Source: Thelocarpon superellum
Taxonomy: Eukaryota
DNA: 60,382 bases
Assembly: GCA_026025795.1 (NCBI GenBank)
Contig: JAPEUG010000066.1
Location: 1-60,382 of the forward strand
Direction: 5' to 3'
Positions within the stretch are counted from its first letter, which is position 1; each line of letters opens with the position of its first letter. Made by a program: the position numbers and the translations under genes. Below the pieces are notes generated by a model. It worked only from the letters and a program-made list of their open reading frames with translations. It searched no databases and had not been told where the DNA came from. Below, one piece after another: positions 49,781 to 60,382 of the stretch.

Positions 49781-52619
49781 TACAGTCGATAGGATCATAG
49801 GATGAGATGTGTGCTGCGAGAGGCAAGGACGCGAACATTACGAAGCGCTGAGGTACGGTTTCTAGGGAGAAGAGCGATCGATCGGATGTCTGGCTCGAAA
49901 CTCGTACGTGGGAAAGGAGGTGTTGGTGTTCGTACGTGCTAGAACAAGAGAAACGTGGAAACGAGGCGGGGAGCAGGCCTCGTCGTGATCAAGCCCACGT
50001 CCGAAACCCTTCTCCCTTCTAGACCCAACATTCCTACCGCGATGCCAATAGTCAGCGCAACCGAAGATCTAGAAGGCAGATCGAGCGCCACCGAGGGAAT
50101 AAGCCGCGCCGAGAAGATGATAGTGGCACCAGCTGCACGGCGAACGGGCTTGGCGGGTGATGAAGGATGATTTGGCGCAGTCTTGTCGACGCACTCGGGG
50201 CGGTAACCGGTCTGACCTGAAGAATCGAAGACACGTGTCGTGTTCACACGGGACGCGTGGTGACATCAAGGAAATGGTTGCAAGGAATGGACACTTCCGA
50301 CTCGTCGGGACCTGGCCAAGCCCCGCGCCGTCTCGTGGGAAAGGTGTTGATGTGGTGACGCGGGTGCCGGAGAAATCGGTCATCTCCTTGGCGTTCGTCG
50401 TTGGCTGGGGTGTAAGGATGGGGTTGTCTCGCTGCTTAGGCAAGGCCTCAGCACCCTTGCCTCGGACATTGCTGCCCGAGGTCTTCCCAATATGCCCCTG
50501 GCATATTCACACTCGCTTGAGTGCCGTTGCCTCACGTCTGAGGACTTGCGAAGCCTCACGATTGAGCGCTTCCATCGGCCGCTTCCGCCATTCTTCCGAG
50601 AGGGCGGGTACCAGATGCCTCTCAACAGAGGACTTCACTCCATCTTCGTCTCGTGAAGGGAGTCCGTTCGCGCTTCCACCTGGCCATGGAGCGTCACACA
50701 TGCATATCCCCTTCTCATGAAGGGTCCACGGTCGCTTCCACCGGGTTGTGGAGCATCGCGCGCGCATGACCTCGTCTCGCGAGGGTTTCCCTCGGACGGA
50801 TCTGTGTCCGCCGAGTCTCTTGCGGGCCTGTCCAAGCGTCTTCGCCGACGGTCACCGCATCCCGAACCATGCCTATGCAGGTAGGTTCTATCCAACGCTG
50901 ATCAGACGTCGGAGCAATCGCTGAGCCATTCGAACAGCGCTTTCGACACGCTCTCCAACATGTTCGACTTGGCCTTCACCCAAGTGCAGTCTGCAGGAGG
51001 GCCGGCGATGGTCTTTAACCAGCAGCGACGGGAACTACCGTCCGCCAGCCACTGGGAGTCTCGGCCCACGCTGCGTGGAGACGACTGTGCGGGACGACCA
51101 GGTTGGAGGTCAGGTCGCACCGTCTGTCGCTCTCACGTCGCGGGTCAAGACTGCCGGTAGAAGACCTTGGGAGACTGCCCTAACTTATAGCCCCCGCTCG
51201 CCGTCTCAAAGCTACGCGAAAGTCGCGAATGCGAGATCTCGTATTACGAGACCTAGCATTCGTACTCGCACTCGTAGACTAGGCTGGTATGCACCAGACT
51301 ACCCTTCCCAGGTCAAGTGCAACCAATGAAACTGGTGGCGTCGTACAAGTATCCAAGTCGACACGGCACGGCAAAGGTTGGAGGGATAGGAGGATCATGT
51401 GATGCAGCGTCTTCGATGTTAGTGTTGCGCAGGCAGGAATCAGCGTAGATAGAATTGCGGCTAATAATCATGAGAATGCTGCTTGGGTCTCCCCATTCTA
51501 AACATATGGGAACCCCTACGGTGGCATTTCATACTGCGCTCTCCAAAGACCAACCACTGATTATGTCATCTTCCAACCTGAAGAGGATCTTGGGAACTCA
51601 CGTGGGAAGAGCAAAATTACTCTGACGCCTATCTTTTGATCTGGTAGGCAGAGGATGAGCTCGAATCTGTGGATACAATGCGGGGCAGCATGGTCAATGC
51701 ACTCTCAGCGAGGAGTCGGACTGGGTCTGGTATCACACATTGCTGGAGAAGGGTTGGGTAATCTTCAGTCCAGGAAGTGCTGATGGCGTAGACATGTTTC
51801 AGGATGCATGATATGCGTCTTCCGATAACGGATTGGACTGAAATGCCTGGTACGACTACCTGAGCATGCGTCTACACCCGAACGCGGTTGATCGGCGTCG
51901 TCTCAAGACCCTCACAAGACGCACTGCGTGGCGAAAGGTACCACACGCTGCCGACGTTTGTACAGCCGTTCTAGTCGGACGCTGAGCCCAGCCGCAGCCC
52001 TTCGAAACTCGACCACCGCAATTGCTTGAGGAGGGTAGGCTTGCCGTATCACGTAAGCCACCTAAGTGACGCAATTTTCCGGGTGCTGGAGCCATACCTG
52101 TGGCCCACCACCTTACTTCATCCGGCTGCTGGTTAAAGCGGAGTGACGCTCGCTGTTTCGAACCCCAAGCTTGACTCCCCTCCGCGGGGCAGAGCAGCAT
52201 GATGCCAACTTTTACCACGCATGCCCTCCGCCACGGCATGCGGCGTGGTCATTATGGGCCATTGCGTACATGAGTTCGTTGCGGCCTGCACTGTGCTCAC
52301 GAGGGGAGACATGGTCCACGCGACCCCACACATGAAACGAATCCTTCTCTTCCTCCTCCTTGGACCTATCCTGGCAGATAAAGACAGTGCTTCCCTGGAT
52401 GAGGTGCGCGTGGTCTTGTCACAGTCATTCTCTCTCCTCGATATTGGGTTGCTTGGACCCTGGCTTCCGAGGTCCTGATCTCGCCGTTTTCTCTCTGTCC
52501 GTCTCCTATGTATCTGTCGTGACTGATCTTCCGATACCCGATTACCTCCTGCAACCTGACACCCCCCTCGGTACCCAATCGGTACCCGAGCTCGACATCT
52601 TTTGACCTCTCTCTCAACT

Positions 52620-52963
52620 ATGGCGTCGTTTGTGGCGTTTCTTGTCTTCGTGGCTATCATACCTCCGCCCGTCTTTGCGGCGCCTTCCACGGGTCTAGTC
52701 GTCAGGTATGGCCATCGGTCCTTCATCTCGTCATCACCGATCAGTGTCCCAATTCATTTTGGAGAGCAACACTCACGCCTGAGACACGTAGAGACCAAGG
52801 CGACCCATGCTCCGATCTCGATGCGCAGCAATGTGGCAGTAACTCTGGAAATCTGCTCCGCTGCGTCGAATCTTCGACTAGCGGCACAGGGTATGAGTGG
52901 GCCTGGGAAGCTACCTGTAGCTGCAACATATACCCAGATGGTGTCACCTGCGTCAATGATTAG
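52620..52963 (+). CDS. Small secreted cysteine-rich protein (85 aa, 6 Cys), not in the ORF track
   Basis: Exons 52620-52705 and 52792-52963 (intron GTATGG...ACGTAG). Spliced product: MASFVAFLVFVAIIPPPVFA-APSTGLVVR-DQGDPCSDLDAQQCGSNSGNLLRCVESSTSGTGYEWAWEATCSCNIYPDGVTCVND*. Confidence 0.75.
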
Positions 52964-53457
52964 GTTACCGTTCATTGAGAGCTTGTTCGTGCCCTGCAAA
53001 AATTGATGTCTAGGACGGTGAGACGGTGGGATGGCGGAGGCTAGGGGAGAAGAGAGTATACGCCCAACAGTTCTGCACTATCAGGCTACGGGATGTTTTC
53101 AAGGGGCCTAGAGATTCTATAGTTGCCTGTTGAAAATCGGACACACCTACCAACTCAATGTGGTACTACCGGGATGGATGGGGAGCTGTGGACGGTCCGT
53201 GTGATGACCCGGGTCATCGATATGCTCTCCGCACCCCGCGTAAGCTCAAGCGGCGACAACCACAAGCGGTGGATCCAACTCGTGAAGCCACAGCCAAAAC
53301 ACACCAACTGGCTGGTAACCAGCGGGCGAGAGACACACGAGGACCAAGAACGAGGAAAGGAAAAGAACCCACCTCGCCCGCTGCACTTCCCCGTCCAGTC
53401 CAGTCCATCCGTCACGATAATCAAGATGCCACACCACCCCGCACCAGGCTCCGCACA

Positions 53458-54372
53458 ATGACGACCATCCCCTCCCCCAGCACAGCCGACCAGATCCGCA
53501 CCCACCTAGCCGCCCAGGTCCACCTCAGGCCGAACGAAGCATGGCTATCCACCTTCCTCGCAAGCCAAAAGAAGCCTACCACGCCGCTGTCGTCCCTCCT
53601 GGCCACGGCCAAGATACGAGTGCTCAATGCCGACCTGACCTCCGCCGTTGACCTCGGCGGACCGGGAGCACCCGGACGGCCCACGGGCACACTACCACCT
53701 ACGATCCACGACGCAACCCTGCCCGAGCGCCGCCTCACGGGTCCTCCCGTCCCCGTACAGGTCCTCGACGTGCAGGATCTGACGCTCAGTCGGTGGGAGC
53801 AGATCGAGGCCATTGAGGCCGCGATGAGGGGAGAGGGGAGGAAAGGGAGGGAGGTTGTTCGCGTCGTGCCTTCTGCTGATACGCGTGGAGAGGAAGGGGA
53901 TCGAGCCGCTGGTGGTGGTGGAGAGGGGGGTGAGAATGGAGTCTATAAGCTTCTCCTGCAGGATGCGGCAGGGGCACGCGTCTACGCTGTGGAATTGTAC
54001 CACGTCAAGGGCGTCAGGGTGGGTATGAATATTGGGTCGAAGGTGCGTGCATGTGTGTGTCTTTCCTCCCAATACCGCCCCTCACCCTCTAACCACTGCC
54101 CACAACCCATTGCTCACTACCCATCACCTACTACCACTACCCACAACCACCGCATACTAGCCGTCGACTCCTTCGTCTTCGTGGAAGCTCGTGCCTAACG
54201 TCCATAGATCCTCCTGCGAAATGCAAGAGTGGCACGCGCCGTCATCCTGCTCGAACCATCCTCCGTGACTCTCCTAGGAGGCAAGATCGAGTATCTGCAC
54301 CAGGCGTGGGTCCAGAATCGGAAGAAAGCTCTTGAGGCCGAATTACCCTCCCGTGCCGAAGGAGAGGCGTGA
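53458..54372 (+). CDS. RMI1: RecQ-mediated genome instability protein 1 (OB fold)
   Basis: Exons 53458-54042 and 54208-54372. TPLSSLLATAKIRVLNADLT, VPVQVLDVQDL..SRWEQIEAIEA, YKLLLQDAAG..VYAVEL, IGSKILLRNARVARAVILLEP..VTLLGGKI. Confidence 0.9.
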
Positions 54373-54468
54373 TCTACCGGGGGAGTTTGGGATGAGGCTT
54401 TCATTGTTGCTCCATCTAGGAAGCATAGTCGGAGCAGGGGATATCGTCTCGTAGTACCAAAGCACCTG

Positions 54469-57400
54469 TCACGGTGAAATACCCCCCAGTCCCTCCCATC
54501 CATCGGCTACCCATGGGGCAGCCATGACAGCTCGCTGCATGTCTGCAACGACACCCGTGGCAGCGAAAGACTGCGCAAGGGCTTCGGCGCTCAGTGTGCC
54601 GCCTGGTGGCACGGCTCGTTGGGCCGTGACTAAGGCCATCTCTGCTGGATATTGCGGCTCATCGTCAGTAGTCGCAGCTGCAAGCTGACTCCATCCGTGT
54701 GAGCGAAAAGGAAAGAGCATGATGGTGGTGAGGGTCGATGCGTCGATAATTTGGCCCTTATCGGGCCGTCGGAGGGCGGAGCTGGTGGCCAAAAGGTCGC
54801 TGACACTGCGTCGTGCCGATTCCTGAGTCACGGCGCCGGTGGTGCGGAGAGCGCGCAGTCGCTCCGTCACGAGGTCGAGGGTGGCGCCGTCTTTCTCCAG
54901 TGTGGCTACGGCACCCAGGCCCAATAGGGACGGCAGATGCGAACGGTGCTTCTGCACACAGTCTAGAAGCTGTTCACGCGCCACGCTTCGCTCCTCCGTC
55001 CCGCCCTTGGCCCAGAGGACCTGCGCCAGAAGACAAACGACATCGGCTGCGCCGTCCGACTCCTCCAGCGCGGCGCGAAACATATCGATGGCCTCGTCCA
55101 TGGCCCCGTCGTAGTACGAGGCTAGGCCTGCCGTAAGATGGGCCGAGAGACGACAGGCTCGTCGCGCGGCCGTCGTGAACTCGCTGGAAGCTTCGTCGTC
55201 CGCCTCCGTCGACGACAGCTGCAGGGCGGTCTGAGCACTTTCTGTGGCAGCCGGATAATCATGCGTGGCGAGTTGTACGCGAGCGAGGTCAGCTTTCGCG
55301 TGCGCAAAGTGTGCCAGCGAGACGGCCGACTCTGACACCTCGTAGTCCTGCTCGACGGCGGCACATATTCTCTCGAGTATCTCCGTCGCGAGAGCGTAGC
55401 TCTGGATCCGTTCAAGATACAGGGCGTACAAGTGACCGTACATCTGGTCGTCGGACGTTTGAGAGCGCAACTGATAAAGAGCAAAGGCTGGTTGGAGGAG
55501 GGTGATGACGTCGGACGAGGGAGACGTCCGAAGCTGATCGAAGCTTGACACCGCATATTGACGGTGCGCAAGAAGACAAGAAGCGTCGGCAATTTCGGAG
55601 GCATGCGTGAACAGCGTCTGCGCCTCCTTACTGTCGCCAAGGTGAAGGGCGAGGAGACCTTGGCCGAGCCATGCGGGAGCGTAATCAGGATCGGTCGACT
55701 GCGCACGCGTGAAGGATTCATTGGCCAGCTGCACATCTTCCTGTTGTAAGTAGAGCGCGCCCAAGTTCGTCCACACCTCTGCGTTCTATCATAGCCGTGG
55801 TGTCAGTCCTATTCTATATCGCTTCAAAAGGTCACCTTACCTGGTCGTTGAGATAGAGACTCCGGATTAAGGCATGTTGAGAGATTTTGGCACTGGCTGG
55901 GCTGCATGCCACCCCCAAGGCATTCCAGAACTCGCTGTTCCCCGCTTCAAGTTCGATGGCCCGTTTGAAGCAACGAACGGCCGCTATGCGATGGCGCGCG
56001 GGCTTCTTCCGCAAGCGAGACAAGGTATCTTCGCCATCCATCGACAGACGAGACTGTCGCGACAGATGATGATATACGCGTTGCTCGGCCCATCCCAGAT
56101 TGTACCACGCTACCGCCAGTGCATGAATATCATCGGCAGAGGTATGGACCGCTCGCTTGTAGGCCAAAATGGAGGCATACAACAGCACGTCGTTGCTGAC
56201 GGGAGACGACGTGTCGAGCAACCCAAGCACATCCGATCCCATTTTGTCAACCTCGGTGAGCAGTTGATACTGCTGTTTTGTCACGTCCTTGCTCAAGATC
56301 GCCCTGACGTGCCCCACCGACGGATCCTCTGGGGCTCGGATGATGGAACCCAAGACGGCGCAGGCGTCTCCTACCCCTTTCCAGAGATTGAACGCATTGG
56401 CCCGATATTCCGCGATGGACTCGGCCGTCTGAAGCGCCTGGGTGGCGTAGACGCCGGCATTACCAAATGAGCCGCTCGCCACACTGTGGTCCGACGCTGC
56501 CACCAAGGTTTGCAGGAGGGCAATCTGGACCCCAAATTCTCTGGGGTGGTCGGCCAGTACCTGTCGATAGCCGTGAATTGCGTCTTCGTAAGTGCCCAAC
56601 TCTCGCCGCACGTTCGCCAACATGTAGGTGGTGAACCAAGTCTCCATGGAGCCAACGCTCATCCGCTCCGCCACCCTGGCCGCCTGTTCAAAAGCTTTGG
56701 TTGCGGCAATGTATCGTCCGGAGTTGTGATAGCTCTCGCCGAGGCCGACCCAGGAATGATAGTCGTCGGGAGCCGATCGAAGCGCGGATTGGAAGGAGAC
56801 GATACTGCGTGGGTATTCTTGCTTGTTCAGCTGCACCACCCCCAAGGCGGCAAAGGGCCAGCTGAAACCCTTGCGCTTCGTGCCGGGCAGTGGCCGCGCC
56901 TTGCCAGAATCGACCACACGCTGGGCCACCATCTCCACCAATTCCCAGTCGCTCTGATCGGCAAAGCTTCGGGCCAGACGTTCCGCCGCCTCCACTTCCG
57001 CCGCGGATAGGTCAAAGGCTTTCTGGAAACATTTCTGCGCTCGCTTTCGGTCTTTGGCGTAATCGGCGTAGTACACACCCAGGCTCGTGTACGCCGGCGC
57101 ACAGGTCAGATCGGCGTGGATGGCAGCGAGAAAGCGCGCATACGCCCCCTTTCGATCCTTCCGCGACGCCGCCGATGGGTGAAGAAGCCAGATGCACCGG
57201 CCGATGCGATATTGAGTGAGCGCCTTCAGTTGTCGCGCTCGTGCGTCCGCGCCCGTGATGTCGTCGAGGCACCTCTCCAGCTCGGCCAAGCCTTGGGTGT
57301 AACTACCGTCCAGCACGCGACACCACGACGCTTCCGCGCGGATCCTGACGTTGTCCGGGTCACGCGCGACGGCACGCTCTAGAAAGGCGGCGGCGTCGAC

Positions 57401-58968
57401 AAAGTTCTCTTGCTCTGCGAGAATTAGACCCACCCCAATCAGAGCCGAGGTCGACGTTGGTTTTGTGTCGAGCACGGCCTCGAAGAGTGCCTTCGCCTCG
57501 GCGTGATTTCTGGGCGCATCAAAATAGATGAGTGACGTGGCCAGGGTCGTATTGATGGCATCGATCGTGCTGCTGATATCAGTAGGAGGTTGTCAATGGC
57601 CACCCATGCGACGTACTTGTGAAAATTCAGCCCCGTCTTCTGCTCCTCGTCCGAGATGAGGCTTTGCGCAGCGTAACAAATATCGGCGGCGCTCTCGTAT
57701 TCTTCAAGAAACAGGTAATACTCGCCCATGAGACGACATGCCAAGATTGACTGCGACGCCTCTTGCACGCCATCCGTCATCAGGAGCAAGCGGTCCTCGG
57801 GGCTCAAGGCCAGCTCGTGACTGCTTGAATTTTCGTCACCACCAGCATTAGTAGCCTCGTCCTGGGCCGGCACGAACAGAAAGGGCGAGAGTTCGGTCTG
57901 CAGGAAGCCTCGCAAAACCTTACTCAGCCCGTCCTCGGGAAAGAAGTGCAGGTACTCCTGGAGCACACCAGCGTCCCAATCGGCCAAGGCCTCGCCGTCT
58001 TTCCATTCGAGCACAATCTTCCATGCCAGGTGAAAGGGGTGCTTGAGGATCACCATGCCCTTGGCTAGATCTTCCACTTGGCTTTGTTTAGGCCCTTTCT
58101 CCTCGCGAGGCAGGACGGTGAGAAGATCGTAAGCACGACATAGCCATCGTTCCTCGTAGTCTCGACGGACGTCGTCGTTACTGGACCAGTCGATGATATT
58201 CCGGTAGACATCTTCCAGAGGGCTCGTCCGCCATACCTCCCGTCGCACATCCGTCGTCACCTGGCCAATCTTGGCCCCAAGGCGTGTTCGGCGCTCACCA
58301 ATCTCTCTATTGATACGCTCCTTCTCTTCAGCCTCGAGACTTGTCGCCACGGTGACCCAGGTGTCGGCGGGACGTGGCACCAGGCCCTCGAGCAAGGCAT
58401 AGACGGGGGAAGGGGGCAGGATGATGTCGAGGGCCTCGCGTCGTTGTTTCTGGGTGCCATGCTGCTGGACAAAGCGGAGGAACCTGTTGACCACACCCTC
58501 ACACTTGGATCGCTCGTCCCTGAAGAGGCCAATGGGTTAACGGCAAGCAGTGGGCGTGTTTGGAAGCTGCTTACAGGTCTACGAAAATCTGGGCTAAGTT
58601 GCAGGCCGCATGTCGATAGTCATCCACATACTGAGGGCCGTATGCCTCGTACAGGGTGATCAAGCCCTGCCAGGCCAGCGGATCCTCTCTCTTGGATCGG
58701 ATGGCGGCCTCATAGGCCTTGATGGCATCGTAGGATCCGGTTTGCTTGTGTAATGCCAGGCCGCGGAGGACCTGTCTAGCATCCGGCAGATTAGTCTCGT
58801 GCTAGAGGCCAATGCCCGTCTGAGGAGCTCGATATGGGGCCGGTCATACGCAAAGTAGTTGTCGGCATCTAAGGCCAGGACTTTATCGGCGGCAGCGATG
58901 GCCTCAGTCCACGCCTGGTTTTCAATGGCAGTCTTGGCCGCTCGGAGCGCCTGCTTGACTTGCGACAT
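54469..58968 (-). CDS. SKI3: Superkiller protein 3 (TPR subunit of the SKI complex)
   Basis: Exons 58968-58850, 58775-58575, 58519-57617, 57569-55841, 55785-54469. Many TPRs; EIGERRTRLGA, APAYTSLGVYYADY, SWVGLGESYHNSGRYIAATKAF, FKRAIELEAGNSEFWNALG. Confidence 0.93.
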
Positions 58969-59281
58969 GATCGTAGGTCACTCGTCAGGACAGTATCATC
59001 CATCTTTGATGTACCGTCAAGTTGGGCGGGACTTTCCCATCGTCGTTCTGTTATCTCGAGCGGATGATTGGTATTCGAGGATGATTGATGATCCTCGAAT
59101 CGAGTGCCGAGTATGACATAAGCGAGGAGAACGAGAGCTGATCTAAATGACATTGGACATCCGGTCTCCGTGAAGATACCTACGATCAACTCTAAACCCG
59201 TAGCCTCCTTTACGCCGTCGTGTTCAGCCATGAGTCATTGAGATCGATCTAGCCACTTTCACCACATGGCTTCATCTACAG

Positions 59282-60078
59282 CTACAGCCGTGGCGGCGCC
59301 TGGGCCTCATACTCGGGTCTCGTGGGTTCCTCCATGTACATCATGCCAAACTGAGCGTCGCCCATCTTGGCACGCTTTGCCTGCTTCCGCACACGGTGGC
59401 AGGTCACGCAGGCCTGCATGGCGAGGATCATCTGACATGCACTGGTATGGATCCGTGCGTCAGCGTGCTGTTGTATCATCACTACCTCTTAATCTCTTGA
59501 AGACTTACGCGGCGATGCCGAGGGCGGGACACAGGACTGCTTTGCCCACGATGTCGAGTTGTCCCGATGCCAAGATGGTGGAGACCAAGTCCAAGATGAG
59601 GCCAATGGTGCTCAGGATATCGATGGGAACATTGGCCCGCGGAGGCATTGGCGTATGGAGGGAGTGAATGTTGATCAAGTTGGCCACGGCCCACACCAGG
59701 GCCCATACCAGCTGCGATGTAGATGGTCAGCGTCAGGATCAATGACAGCGCTGGCTTTGATATCCTTGCTCATCTGCCTCATCGGGGAGAGGGGGACGAA
59801 CGGGTTCGACGGGAGTGGGAAGATGGAGCTCAATTCCTTCCAACGTGATACAGATATAGGAGGTCCCCGTGAAGATGGTGACGAAGATGCGAAGCCAACT
59901 TTGCGTCACCCAGCCGTACGTCTGACTCTCGATCTGCCGCCGGGCTTCGGGCGATAGGCGAAAGGTGGTGGTCCAGGTCATCATCCCCATGGTGATGGAG
60001 GTCAAGATGAAGGCGAGCGTCAAGGTGAGCTTGAAGTTGAGCTTCAAGGTGAAGGTGATGGCAGCAATACGCGAATGC
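59282..60078 (-). CDS. Multi-pass membrane protein, fungal hypothetical (5' end unresolved)
   Basis: Inferred exons 60078-59802, 59711-59509, 59441-59282, with several hydrophobic helices (LTLTLAFILTSITMGMM; LVWALVWAVANLI; NVPIDILSTIGLIL; CQMILAMQACVTCHRVRK). An acceptor GTGTAG precedes 60078, but I found no clean upstream donor or start. Confidence 0.6.
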
Positions 60079-60382
60079 TACACATCCCGGGATCAGCCGG
60101 GCCCGCGCCTTATGTAGACTCCTGCCATCGTGGTTTGGTTTGCCGTAGGATGGTCCATGAGGCGAAGGAGCAGGTAGCAGCAGGCGCAGTTGGTGTGAGA
60201 AGTGGGCTATAGTGCTTGAAACGCATGACATGCGGCTACGGGTCCGTGCGGTTAACGCCAATGCCAATGCCGATAACGCGGACACATGAGCCAGACAGAA
60301 CGTGAGGCCCCAGCATGCTAGGACAGGACAGGTTCGGCGCCGCCGACTGGCATAGGCAGTACATCGATGGCGGCGACGTGTA

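Overview
Eukaryotic, not prokaryotic: a gene-dense, GC-rich stretch of a filamentous ascomycete (Pezizomycotina) nuclear genome. It holds about 27 spliced protein-coding genes in 60 kb, mostly with short (45-60 nt) GT-AG introns and CTRAY-type branch points. I rebuilt the exon structures by hand. In order: a DHA1-type MFS transporter (5'-truncated), COP1, CHL1, RPL28, CDC7, YCS4/CND1, MAK3, LRO1, a DUF3431 protein, a SAM methyltransferase, a small membrane protein, SEC24, a CCCH zinc-finger protein, HEM4, ERV1, a FUS3/KSS1 MAPK, a SKT5/CHS4-type Sel1 protein, RPN12, a DUF1917 protein, DPH7, VPS51, a Cys-rich GPI-type protein, a small secreted 6-Cys protein absent from the ORF track, RMI1, SKI3 and a multi-pass membrane protein. 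I recognised no tRNA, rRNA, CRISPR or intact mobile element. The most notable observations are: (1) the spliced 85-aa secreted Cys-rich peptide gene with an LxxR pro-peptide, in a ~4.5 kb accessory-looking patch with a GPI protein carrying a similar Cys module; (2) two convergent genes whose stop codons share one CTAG palindrome; (3) a ~1.1 kb region upstream of the MAPK whose only two AUGs lie inside a predicted 5'UTR intron; (4) a 5-nt micro-exon inside the CHL1 Walker A motif; (5) a CaaX box that exists only after splicing; (6) a 24-Glu microsatellite insert in HEM4. I found no convincing wholly new multi-gene system. All family assignments come from recalled motifs, not database searches.
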